Shown here: positions 50,915-62,354 of the stretch, one piece after another | How positions within the stretch are numbered: the first letter of the stretch is position 1 | How the letters are laid out: the number at the start of each line of letters is the position of its first letter | Source of the DNA: Isurus oxyrinchus | Lineage: Eukaryota | Direction: 5' to 3' | NCBI GenBank assembly: GCA_026770705.1 | Contig: JANJGN010000034.1 | Span: 11,036,001-11,100,000, forward strand | DNA: 64,000 nt | Made by a program: the position numbers and the translations under genes | The notes under the pieces: model-generated | Told to the model about the DNA's origin: nothing | The model's input: the letters and a program-made list of their open reading frames with translations, nothing else | Databases searched by the model: none

Positions 50915-51150
50915 TGCGCTGCAATGGATAGCGCCCCTGCCTGTGGACCAGAAACGCCGGGTTCGAGTCCTACTCAAGGACTTACGACCACCGATAAGTG
51001 CCTTCATAAGATGGTCAACTTGCAAATCCTCACGGCGCCCGCCAATGGAAGGCGGTAAGAGTGGTAGAGACCCCTGTTTAGCCATGTGATGGAAAGAATC
51101 ATTGAAGCTTCCATTATCACTATCCATAGCTCCAGACTACGACTGAGCAT
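50915..51150 (+). mobile_element. Second tRNA-derived SINE family
   Basis: tRNA-like head (GCAATGGATAGCG...GGGTTCGAGTCC); body similar to 15-80 (AAATCCTC...AGGCGGTAA.AGTGG.AGAG...AGCCATG). Confidence 0.55.
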
Positions 51151-51415
51151 GTGAAAGTGCGTGTAACCCTGACTTGAGCACCTTGCAACATACCATCACC
51201 ACATGACGCTATACAAGTGAAGAAAATAAAACATTGGTAATGTTGAAGCGATAAATGCGTCATCAAATCACTTTCGATGTAATTGAAAACAAGCCCGTTA
51301 ATTAATATTAAAATAACAAATCAATACTTTACTAAAAATGAGATGATCATTCAGGTTGTTGTTGGGGATAATGCAATATATGCGACAGATGAAAAGTGAC
51401 AATATCATGACTTAC

Positions 51416-51485
51416 ATGAGATACCGACAGCGGCAAGAACGGGATAGAAAACCAGATAGACCCGATCCGTTACTGGTTCATGCAT
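51416..51485 (-). CDS. GPR139-like GPCR A, exon 1
   Basis: MHEPVTDRVYLVFYPVLAAVGIS then T|GTAAGT; 70 nt, phase 1; spliced CDS 972 nt = 323 aa; paralogous to 61316-61385. Confidence 0.9.
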
Positions 51486-51558
51486 TGTTTTGAGGAGAGG
51501 GTTCTGTCGGCGCTAGAGACAGAAATTTCACTTGCTCTGCCTGACAGCCCATGGAACC

Positions 51559-51616
51559 TTCACATATACTTGAGGGAGGTCTCCGGTGAGGCAATTAGGT
51601 GGCATCATTACTGTGG
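51559..51616 (-). promoter_or_regulatory. Conserved proximal promoter block of GPCR A
   Basis: Aligns with 61440-61501: TATA-like element, GGGAGGTCTCC element and CAATTA (TAATTG on the gene strand), 75-130 bp upstream of the ATG. Confidence 0.6.
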
Positions 51617-52049
51617 TTAGTTCGGCACTCGAGGGAGCAAGTCAACATGATATTAGAGTTTCTCACAGCGATGTCCATGAGCCATGCAGAAGCACAGGGT
51701 TTTCTTTTTCCTTAACTTGTGGTCATCCCATGTCAGCGTCTTGTGTATATTAAGCACGGACTCAGCCAGATGAAAGCGGGGCGCTTTCTGCAGACATCCG
51801 TCACCACTCCTCTGTCATAAGTACCGCCAAACAAACGGATGGTTAAACCGATGACTCACTCAATTTTCCATCCTGGGCCCTACGCTCTGGAATTCCCTCC
51901 TTACACCTCCTGGATTCTCCAGCTCACTTTCCTCCTTTGAGTCATTCCTTCTAAACCAAGCCTTAGGCCATGATTTTGTTCATTTGCCTAATAATCCCTA
52001 ATGTGTTTCGGTATCATATTTTGTTTTGTAATGGGATGATTTAACGACA

Positions 52050-53160
52050 TATGAAGATAAGAAATCGGAACAAGAGTAGGCCATTCGGCCCACTGAGCCT
52101 GTTGCCCATTCTGTAAACTCGTGGCTGATTTGATCTTGGCTATATATTCACCCCCTGCCTGACCCGAATGTCTCTTGACACCCCCATATTTAATAATTCT
52201 GTCTACCTTAAAATTAATTAATTTCAATAACTTTCAACGTCCACAGCACTCTGGGGTATAGGTTTCCAAAGATTCACGACCCTCTGAGGGAAGAACATCC
52301 TCCTCATCTGCATCTCACATAGGGCAACATCTTGATCTGAAATTTTGCTCGCCAGCCCTGGATTCCTCTCAGCCTCTACCCTGAGAACACCCCTTTAGTA
52401 AAATCATCTCTCATCCTCCTAATCTCCAATGAGTATTTCACCGACTGAAGAACGTTAAATAAGACACCCCCTTTATCACAGGAACCAACCGAATAAGCCC
52501 TCTGTGAACAGTCTGCAATACAAGAATGTTCCTCCGTAACTACAGCTGACTCTGTTCACTAGTACTCTAGCGGTAATCTCACCTATGCCCAGTGCAGTTG
52601 TTCGGGTGAGACCAGTGTGTGGTAATGGATCATCAATGTTACTGGACTAGTAATCTGAAAGCCCAAGCTAATGCCTTGGGAACATGGGTTTAAGTCCCAA
52701 CACAGAAGTAGGTCGAATTTAAATTCAATCAATAAATCAGGGATATAAAGTCGGTCTCAGTAATGGTGACCACAACATATATCATCGGTTGTCATAAAAA
52801 CCCATCTGAATCACTAATGCCATTTAGGGAAGGGTAACTGACTCCCTAGCCCGAACTGGCCTGTATGTGAATCCAGACGCATAACAAAGTGGCTGACACA
52901 TAACTACCCTCTGAAATGGGCTAACAAGCCTCTCAGTTCAAGGGTAATTAGGGATGGGAGACAATTGCTGGCCCTGTCAACGGCACCCACAATCCTCCAT
53001 TTATAACCAATCCCTCTTGCAACAAAGACCTTCCTAATTATTGTACTTCCATACTAACCTCTTTGATTTTATGCAAGAGGACACCCAGATTCCTCTGCAC
53101 CACAAATTTCTGCTGTCATCTCAATTTAATAACATTTCGCTTTTCTATTCTTCCTACATG
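52050..53160 (-). mobile_element. CR1 LINE 3' fragment interrupted by a SINE
   Basis: CR1 tail at 52050-52600 resumes at about 52995 after the SINE. Confidence 0.7.
52610..52995 (+). mobile_element. tRNA-derived SINE nested in CR1
   Basis: CTGGACTAGTAATC...GGGTTTAAGTCCC...GGGTAATTAGGGATGG. Confidence 0.78.
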
Positions 53161-53809
53161 TCCATAATTTTGCTTTTCATCATATCTGGTGGTTTGATAC
53201 TTTTGTGAATAACTGATTACATTCTTGTACGAGCGATCGACAAATGCCTAGCTTTACTGGAGTTACTATGATCCTGTGTTTATCACGTAGTGAGTTTTTT
53301 TTATTCATTCACCGGATGTGGGCTTCTCCGGCTGGGCCAGCATTTATTTCCCATCCCTAATTTCTTTTGAGAAGGTTGTGGGGAGTTGCCTTCTTGAACC
53401 ACTGCATTCCCTGTGGTGCAGGTACACCCACAGCACTGCTAGGAAGAGGCTTCCAGGATTTTGACTCAGTTGGATATATGCTCCTGCAGCAAAAGGTGCA
53501 TTCTGTGCAGTGACTCGATGCAAATTCTTGAATGAGTTGAAAAGGTTTGTGAAATGTCCGCTAATTTCGATTTTTGAATATCTTAAACAATGAGAACCAG
53601 AAGAGTCTTCCCAAGAGTGGAACCCAAACACTGCATCGCTGTTTTTGAAATAAGAAATGGAAGGCATGTTGTTTGGAAGCTATACATTAGAACTAATATT
53701 GCTTTCCTGCTGGTTGATCAGTGACAACTTAACTTCATGCCCCAATAGTCCAGGTACTGACCATCTACCAATAGAGAGAATCTAATCACCTGCCCTGGAC
53801 AATCGGATC

Positions 53810-54510
53810 GAATCACAGCTTAGTGAGAGCACAGGAAGACAGCTTACTCCCTATCGTGCACCATGCGGCTCCTGCCACTGCCCCGCACAGTTCTTTGGCC
53901 AAATCACCTGGAAGGCCGTCTCTTGTTCTCTACCCTTCTGCCAAAGGAAACAGTTTCTTACTGCCTACCCTGTGTACATGCCTCATGATTTTCAAAGACT
54001 GTATCGCATCTCCTTTCACCTCACACTTCTCCAAGCAGAACAATCCCAGCTTCCTTGGAAACTCAGCTAAATCTTCCCTACACACTCTCCGATGTCGTCA
54101 CATTCACCCTGATGTGTGGTGCCCAGAACCGGACACAGTGTTCTTGCTGAGGCCAAAACAGAGTTTTTTGAGGCTTCAACATGTTCCTTGCTTTTCTATG
54201 TATGTCTTTGTTTATAAAGGCCTGGATCCTGTCCGCTCTTGTGCACATAGACCATAGCATTTGATGAACTGTAACAGGTGCATTTCCACAAGGTTCAGTG
54301 CTGGGGCCTCGACTATTTACGGGCTATATTAATGTCTTGGATGAGGAAATAGACTGTATTATAGCCTAATTTGCTGACGATATGAAGATAGATAAGAAAG
54401 CAATTGCGAGGAGGAGGCAAAGAATCTGCAAAGGGATGCAGACAGTTTAGGTTAGTGGGCAAACATTTGAGGAATGCAGAGTGATGTGGTAAAATGTGAG
54501 CTACTGTGCA
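53810..54510. mobile_element. CR1 fragments (minus ~53810-54250, plus ~54285-54510)
   Basis: EHCVRFWAPHIR on minus; QGSVLGPRLF and FADD-like sequence on plus. Confidence 0.65.
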
Positions 54511-55019
54511 CTGGAAGAGGCTCTAGCACTTATAGTCTTTTCAAACTCCTCCCAGGCCTACATGCTAACTGTCACTAGTGTCCTACCTAATTGTTGCTAT
54601 TAGTACATAGACGCTTCACCTCCATCTCATTGAGGGTGTGCATTGAAGAATTCAACAATAAAGTTATAACATCTCCCCTTCTCAGCTATATACGGAGCTG
54701 TCATCTTCTATCTTATAAGATAACTTTTTTTTTGACAAACTGTTAATTACTTTGCACACCTTTGTTCAAACCTTTAGCTTTCCTTTCCTCAGCTTTTTCC
54801 AAATGGTCCATTGCACTTTGCCTTATCTTCGTAAACGTTTTTTCTCAACTTTAAGAAACGGTTTCAAGCTTTATCAAGTCTTTCCAAGTTTTCTATCAGT
54901 GTTCTTTAAACTGACCTTTCAGTCTCCACACTGAACGTGTGCCTGTGTTGATGTTCCCGTCATTTCTGACAGATGCTGCATGATCCTTCTCACCTATTGA
55001 ATCACTGAAGAACCACCAG

Positions 55020-55285
55020 CTGTTGGGAACACCACCACTTGAAAGTTCCCTTCCAAGTCACTCACCATCCTGACTTGGAATTATATCGGCCTTTCTTTCA
55101 CTGTCGCTGGGTCAAAATCCTGGAACTCCCTTCCTAAGAGCACTGTGGATTTACCTACACCATATGGACTGCCGTGGTTCAAAGAAGCAGCTCACCACCT
55201 CCTTGTGAAGGGCAATTAGGGATGGACAATACATGTTGGTCTACCCAGCAATACTCTCCTCCGGTGATCGAATAAATAAAAATGA
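55020..55285 (+). mobile_element. LINE 3' tail fragment (same family as 8687-9150)
   Basis: GGGAACACCACCAC...CCATCCTGACTTGGAA...GGGCAATTAGGGATGG; further pieces at about 43800-43930 (+) and 53300-53465 (-). Confidence 0.7.
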
Positions 55286-56488
55286 TTCCCCTCCGTTTGT
55301 GCAGTAGCGTCTCTCCACCTGAAGGGGGACCTTAATCACAAGATCGAGAAACAGGTTTGATAAAGAGATGATCTGACCATTTTTATTTCATTCATTCTTT
55401 CTGAGACATAAGAAGTAACATTGCAGCAGTCAGCTGCTTCTGAAATGACTTTAAGCTTTTCAATCCCACTCTCAAATCAGCTCCTGAAGTGATCTTTTCC
55501 TTTTAATCTCCGACTCTCCTTGATCATCCCCTGTATTTTACTTTCACTTGAAGTATTTATGCAATTCCCTTTTGAAAGTCAATGTTGACAGCAGCAGCTG
55601 AAAGAGAATGCACTTGTACAGGTGAGTGACGTTTCCCAAAAGCCCAGGGTGTGCATCGGGGCTCTGAGGTTGAATAGGTGGTCCTCGCGGTGTGAGGGGG
55701 AGAGGGTAATGCGGGATATTGTACCTGGAAAGGTGAGTGAGGCTCCCCAACAGCCCAGGCTGTGCCTGCCCCATGTCACCTGGTCTATCAATGACAACAG
55801 CAACTGGTTCAGAGTGGGTGGCAGGAGGAGTTTTCCGACACCCTCCTGAAGTGTTCCTCATTGAAAATGGACAGGCTTTGGGAGTCAGGAGATGAATCAC
55901 TAGCCTCATATTTTCCTGCTTCTGACTTGTTCCTTTTACCACTGCATCTATAGGATGGTCCAATTCAGGTTATGGCCGCTGGTAACCCCCAGAATGTTGA
56001 TAGGGGTATTCAGCGATGGTAATGCCACTGAAAATTAAGGGGAGGTTAGTCTATGTGATCAAATAAGACTTTTTTTTTATCGTTACAAAAGCTTGCCTAA
56101 CCATCCAATTTGTCCACGGTGCCCTTCCGAGGAGCCTCATGATGTTTGACTAAACAGAGTGAATATAGGTCAGCGGGGGAAAACATGCCTTCCCCGTGTG
56201 TTTTGTGCTGGGCTTTTTGGTGACGATCGAATTATTATTAACAACACGAACGTGCTACGAAAGAGCATATTTGGAACTGTTTCATCTTCATTCGGAAGTG
56301 TCTGAAAATCCAACAGTTAAGGCTCTCTGAATATTTTCTGAGATTGACGTCTATAGTCCAGTTTGTTTACATTGGCTAATTGACAAATGGCAACCTAAAC
56401 TTTCACAAGAAGGACCGCTGGAAGCAGGCAAGGATATTATTAGTTGCAGAAGATTCTACCTGGTGTCTGGCAAGCTGCCTTGTGGCAA

Positions 56489-57411
56489 TCAGCCAATCCA
56501 GCTCTTCAATTGAGTCAAAAAGGAAACAATTTGATTCACTGGGTACATGATCATTTTCGTTAGCTCTGCTCTGAACTGAGTCTGGGTCACTGTATAAATA
56601 AACGTGTTCGTGCAGCAGCTCAGAAGCAGGAGCATGTAAGCGGTTTCCTGAAGGATGTAAACGGGGTCATTGTAACCCGTGTAAGAATAGGTATCAGTAA
56701 TTCGATAATACAAGTAATGGATCGTGTACGGCAGCCACAGCAGTAGGAAATTTCCAGATATACTAAAGAGTAAGATGAAGGATTTTCTCCGGTTGACCAT
56801 CTCAGGATCAGGGTTGTTTACAGAGCCGGCGCTGCCCCGCAACGCCCTGCGCACCCTGCTGGCCACTAATATATATCTCACGGTCAGAATATTGAGCAGC
56901 AAAATGATAAAGAATGGCAGAAAAGGGGTCGCAATGCAGCCGAAGTAAGAAAAGGCTAGCCAAAAGGGTGATATATAAAAATTTGGCGTGATCAGGCAAT
57001 ACCATGGCAATTTATTAAATATATAGAGTGGGTCATATACGAAATACCAGGGAATGTTTTTTAAACAGCTCAGGGTGAACACAGTACCTACAATCGAAGC
57101 TGCTACTTTCTTGGTGCAATATGTAGTTTTCAGCTGCTGCCAGCAAATGGATGTGAAACGATCAAAGGTAAATGCGACGGTTAACCAGACAGAGATGTCT
57201 CTGGTTGCATACACTAGGGCAGTCCTGACCCGACACGCTGGAGTAAGCAACAAATAATTACCGGGAAAGTAAATGTCAATGATCCGATTGAGTATAACGC
57301 AGGTGATGACAGCCATTAGATCCGCCGCTGCCATGGACGCAAGGTAGTGAGTGATACATTTGGAGAGACCACAGTTTCTCCGGTTCAGGATCACAATCGC
57401 CAGGAGGTTAA
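56489..57411 (-). CDS. GPR139-like class A GPCR B, exon 2
   Basis: Acceptor CCAACAG; (V)NLLAIVILNRRNCGLSKCITHYLASMAAADL...TFDRF...NIPWYF...SCCTNTFIY...SWIG*. Confidence 0.92.
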
Positions 57412-58899
57412 CTGTTGGGAAGAGAAACGAGCAAAACAATTAAATGTTGTCAGATTTTAAGGGGAAGTTTCAGTTTGTTACCATTGTGTGTTCAAATCTG
57501 AGCTTTGTTAAAGTGCTCTGCATGCAAAACAATAGCCAGAATTCCCTAGTACCCATAAATTTAAAATTAAAACAATTCTAACTGATGCTTATTGAGTAAC
57601 ACAATCGCATCTAGGGTCATATATTTCTCCTTCCTTGTCTCATTTCAAAGTTAATAGCACATTATCTCAGATGACATTTCAATGTGGCACAATTGAGTGC
57701 TGCTCCCCCTGATGTGCTGGCCACTATTTCTTCCTAAAGCAACATCACTACACCGCTGATCTGGAATATTTTCTATTGGTAGCAGTTTCCTGTGGGCGAA
57801 TTAATGCAGTGTGTGCACATATTACAAAAGGTGATTCCATTACCAAATTGGCTGTAGAATATTTTGGCTCAATCTAACGTGATGATTGGCACTATATCGA
57901 CCTGATTTTTTTTCAATTCAGGCAAGAAACGTGTTAATGAAACATAATAGTTGGAAGTAATAAGATGCAGGATTCATTGAATGCTACAATAGTTGGGCCT
58001 GCAGTGCTTTATTTTAATTTTCAAGTTGGTTGATGGTTAATGAGTGTGCAACATGGGAGGCCGAGAACCACGACCAATATATATTTTTTAAAGTTTGGTA
58101 AGAAGCAACAGTTTAGAGATGATGCCAAAGTTAAATACGTATGGGGCACATACAACCTGTGACAATTGAGAGAAGTTTTCTGATCCCAGAGGACAAATGG
58201 ATAGTGAGTGTTGATCTCCACAGCTTGTGGCAGCAGCCGTCTTCTCACTAGCCAAAATGTTAGGAAGATCTTCCCCTGGTCATCCTCCATCTTCTCTGGT
58301 CTTTCCACGCTGAAAATGGCAGCCACCTGCTGAGAACTGCCTCAGCATCCGGGCACCCATTAGTACACCTGATTTCGAGGGCTAGTTGCGTACTCTATGC
58401 AAATCACCCGTTCAGATAGATCTGGCCAATGATCGCAGGACTGATTCCCAATGTTTTGGGGCGGAAAGGTCACTTCCCTCTTGCCAATCACTTTAGCCCA
58501 AAGTCACATTTTAGCCTATCGCGTGCTGGGAGCCAGTTGTTAGCCCTTATCAAACACTTATATGGGTAAGTGGGTACACAAGGCACCAGAAAGCTATCAG
58601 TTCAGGAATACCAGTGCCTTCTAGTTCCCACTATTGGCCCCTCTTGAGGGCGCAATCATGGTGACTTTTATCTCCATCATACCTTACCCCCTGACTACTC
58701 AGGAAAGTTTCTGTGCAGAGAACAACTTTTCCTGGTGCTCACAATAGGCTGAAAAGTATTGTACGTTAAAGGTTGCATTGCTTAGATGATTTCAGTGCCA
58801 TAAACTAGTTTAAATAAGTAATTGACATATCCGTAATCATATACGCAAAAGTAGTGAGCTGAAAGGCATTATGCCAATGAATTATAATACATTTAGGTA

Positions 58900-59405
58900 A
58901 GTTCTGGGCACCATACATAGGAAGGATGTGAACACACTGGAGAGAATGCCATAGAGTTTTGCGAAAATGGTTCCAGGGATGAAGAACTTCATTTACGAAG
59001 ATAAATATTTAGAGTTTGGGACTGTTCTCCTTGGAGAGAAGAGGTCTAAGAGGATATTTGATAGAGCCATTCAAAATCATGAGAAGGCTGGGCAGAGTAG
59101 TTGGGGAGAAGCTTTTTCTGCTCGTAATAGGCTCAAGAACTAGAGGGAAAAGATTTTAAGTAATTTGCAGAAAAAGCAATGTGACGTGAGAAAAAAAAAC
59201 TTTTTCACACAGCGAGTGGTTCGGGTCTGGAATGCACTGCCTGGAAGTGTGGTGGAGGCAGGATCAATCGAGGCATTCAAGAGGGCATTGGATGTGCAGT
59301 GGCATGTAGAAAAAGCAGGGCAATGGCAAAAGATCATAATGCTCATTTGATGGACAGAATGGCCTCCTTCAGCACCCTTAAAATTCCGCGATTCTGTGAT
59401 TCTGA
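58900..59405 (+). mobile_element. CR1 LINE 3' fragment
   Basis: NFFTQRVVRVWNALPGSVVEAGSIEAFKRALD. Confidence 0.83.
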
Positions 59406-60104
59406 GTTTGGGATTAATAAGGTAACTGATGCTTAATGACGCAGTAAGATCAGAATTAATTCAGAACAAAGGATACGCACAGGGATCCGTTAAAAACTCG
59501 TGGTTGGATTAGGTGGGACAGGCTGGATCGAGTGAATTTGGATTGTATCTGCAAATCAGGTAGGGGGTGTATGGGAGAATGAAAGCGTCGCTGATTGAGC
59601 ACTCGTGCCTTGGAGCATTTCCACATCACAGAGAGACCAGTTGTCCGTTGTCATGTTAAAGTTATTTACGTCATCCAATTGACATCAATTGCTTGCATCC
59701 GCCCGAGTTTCCCTTTGCAATTAAATTTCTTACTTTGCCTGTCACATTGTAAATGAGCTTATGCCCACGTGCGTTACCGATGGGGCAAGTGGGAAGGTGC
59801 GGGGTTGTATGTTGCCCTGAGTTGCCCTAACTCTCAGAGTTTGTGATGTGGGCAGGACAGTCTCACAGAGATCGCACGGTCAATAACAGTGCTTCCTTTG
59901 ACGAGCAGGTCTCGTCAGCCACCCTCCCCCGCCCTCACCCTCACCCAATTGTAAGAGTTAAGACACGACTTAGCTGGTCAGCTAAACAAAATACCTCAGC
60001 GATCACTATAAGTTTCTTAAACTTCCTATCAGTGTGGCGCATGGATAACAGAGCAGCCATTTCCGGGCCAGTTAAAGATAACATTGAAAAGAATTGTTTA
60101 ATAT

Positions 60105-60300
60105 CATTAATATCTATCACTGGCCCTCGATCCAGCTTCACCTGTCCAACCCCCCTGAAACAGCTTATATTTCACCACATTTCTATTTAGCTTTAGTTTT
60201 GATGAAGAGTCGTACGGACTCGAAACATTAACTATGTCATCCTCTCTACAGATGCTGTCAGACCTGCTGAGCATTTCCAGCAATTTTTGTTTTTTGTTTA
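60105..60300 (+). mobile_element. Penelope terminal-repeat fragment
   Basis: CTATCACTGGCCCTC...TTGATGAAGAGTCGTACGGACTCGAAAC...GACCTGCTGAG. Confidence 0.75.
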
Positions 60301-61315
60301 ATATCATTGACTGGATTCGTGAATTGGGTGCATGCAGGCGGCAAATCCACATAATTAGCGTTTGCATTTGCGCAAATCGCCCAGTGACTTTACGCAATTA
60401 AAGACTGTTTGTATGAAATGACTAATCCTCATATGTCAGCCGACTTGTGTCAGGGAAATAATGATCAGGTGAAGCCCGCTTTTTCGATGAGGTCGGTCGC
60501 AAAACGTGACGGCGGGACAAACTCGATCCTTATCCGTTCCCTCTAAGTAGTTAACTCGCGTTTGGGCTGAAATATTCTTATAAAGTCAACACTTTTTTTC
60601 AATTCGCGTTGCTATGCAATTAATGTGCAATGGCATCAACTGCAAGCAAGTGTGGAAGGGAGAGAGGGAGAAAGAAATTTCAAGAGACAGAGGTAGAGAA
60701 TGATACGAAAGGCCAGAAGAGAAAGAGGTAAGAAGTGATATGGCAGCTCCAGTCAAATAAATACATCCATTGTACTATTTCCAAATATTTGGAATCAATA
60801 ATGTACAAATGCAACTGAATCTATCATTCATTTTGTTTCATATATGCATCAAATGAAAGCGCACTGTTAGTTTTACTTTATTTATACAGTTGGATTATGA
60901 CTAGCATCACACGGGAATATTTATATAGAGATCAATTTTTCTCCCACATGTTGACACAGTCCAAAGCACAATATTGCTCCGCCCTTATGTTGGGAATCTG
61001 AATAGTGATCGGTGCCCATTAGACGTTTAAAGCGAGACATTGCATTCTACAAAGTTAAACGCTGTTGCCATGTTAGTTTCTGGCCATGAAATAGCAAGTC
61101 GTGGTATTTGGAAATATGTCCTACATTGGAGCGGGAGTAATTATAATATCAAAGGAAGGCTATGTTGGGTAAATAATGCAAAATCACGATAGCTAAACAA
61201 TCGAGCGCTTTGCACAGACGATGTCACTGTTTAGCAAGCCCCTTTATGCAAGCCGATCGAATATAATCAGCACATATTAACATAGGTTTACGGAACTGGG
61301 AGGATCACAACTTAC

Positions 61316-61385
61316 CCGGAATACCGATGGCGGCAAGAATTGGATAGTAAATAGCATACACCTGACCAGTAACTGGTTCGTGCAT
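61316..61385 (-). CDS. GPR139-like GPCR B, exon 1
   Basis: MHEPVTGQVYAIYYPILAAIGIP then G|GTAAGT; 70 nt; spliced CDS 993 nt = 330 aa. Confidence 0.9.
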
Positions 61386-61439
61386 TTTCCCTCAGAAGCG
61401 ATCACCTGTCAACAGCTTCAACTCCTGGTTTGTGGCTGG

Positions 61440-61501
61440 TTCAATATATAGACCAGGGAAGTCCCCAGTGTGGCACAATTAGGCGACATCATAACTGATG
61501 G
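61440..61501 (-). promoter_or_regulatory. Conserved proximal promoter block of GPCR B
   Basis: TATATA at 61445-61450; GGGACTTCCC on the gene strand (61456-61465); TAATTG at 61476-61481; conserved with gene A. Confidence 0.62.
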
Positions 61502-61699
61502 GACTTTGCACTCCTTTCCACAATGGTACTCAAAATGTTATTTTCATTATAATCCTGCGATTGAAGTGATGTGATTGTCCAGTCTCAGCAAACAAAGGAG
61601 TCAAAAAGAAAAATGCGGCCTGTTCGAAGGGTCAGAACGAAAAATATCCAAAATATAAATAACAATGAAAGGAAACTTGGCAACATAAATAATTATATA

Positions 61700-61792
61700 A
61701 AAACAGAAAATGCTGAAAAAACTCAGCAGGTTTGACAGCATCTGTAGAGAGAGAAATAAAGTTAAAGTTTCGAGGGCTTAAGACTCATCAAC
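61700..61792 (-). mobile_element. Penelope terminal-repeat fragment
   Basis: Reverse complement of the same terminal motif. Confidence 0.65.
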
Positions 61793-62354
61793 AATCATAT
61801 TTTAAGTATATGACATAGACCCACACACCGACATCCCCCCCTCCACCCTTTTTAAGGAATGACACGAGGACAAACGTTCAAAGCAAAATGAGTGACCTAA
61901 GCCCCAACCAATTTAAATAATGAATGTTTTCTGCTTAACCACATTGTTCAGGTCCTCCAGTGCCCACCCGCCACGGAAATGTAATGGTGACCAGGAAACC
62001 ATTGCTGTAACCCATCTGGTTCACCAGTGTCCTTTAGGGAAGGAAATCTGCCGCCGTTGTCAGGCATGACCTACATGTAGCTCACCGTTAGCGGCCAATG
62101 ATATTAAAAACCCCGCTCGCCCAGTCCGGGTGTGTGTTGCACCAACATATTAACGACCCACTCTTTATCAAATTGCACTGTAGTTAATAGCAATACAGCA
62201 TCTGCCTTAGCGCAATTTGTATGAGTGTATTTATTTTTATTGAGTTGGATGTTGGGTCTAGTCAGTCGGGTCGGGCGGTAAGTCATGGGTAAGGGTGCAA
62301 GCCGGGGTTCAGTTGAGTGAGGCTGGGTGCCTGCCTGTTCTCCAGCTCTGTGGA

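Noticed and set aside
50915-50980. tRNA gene
   Set aside because: Box B and a tRNA-like head are present, but there is no proper acceptor stem or terminator and it continues into a SINE body.
56489-57439. GPCR B as a single-exon gene starting at 57439 (and GPCR A at 48795)
   Set aside because: These starts are non-ATG codons at or near the splice acceptor; TM1 is completed only by the 70-nt upstream exons.
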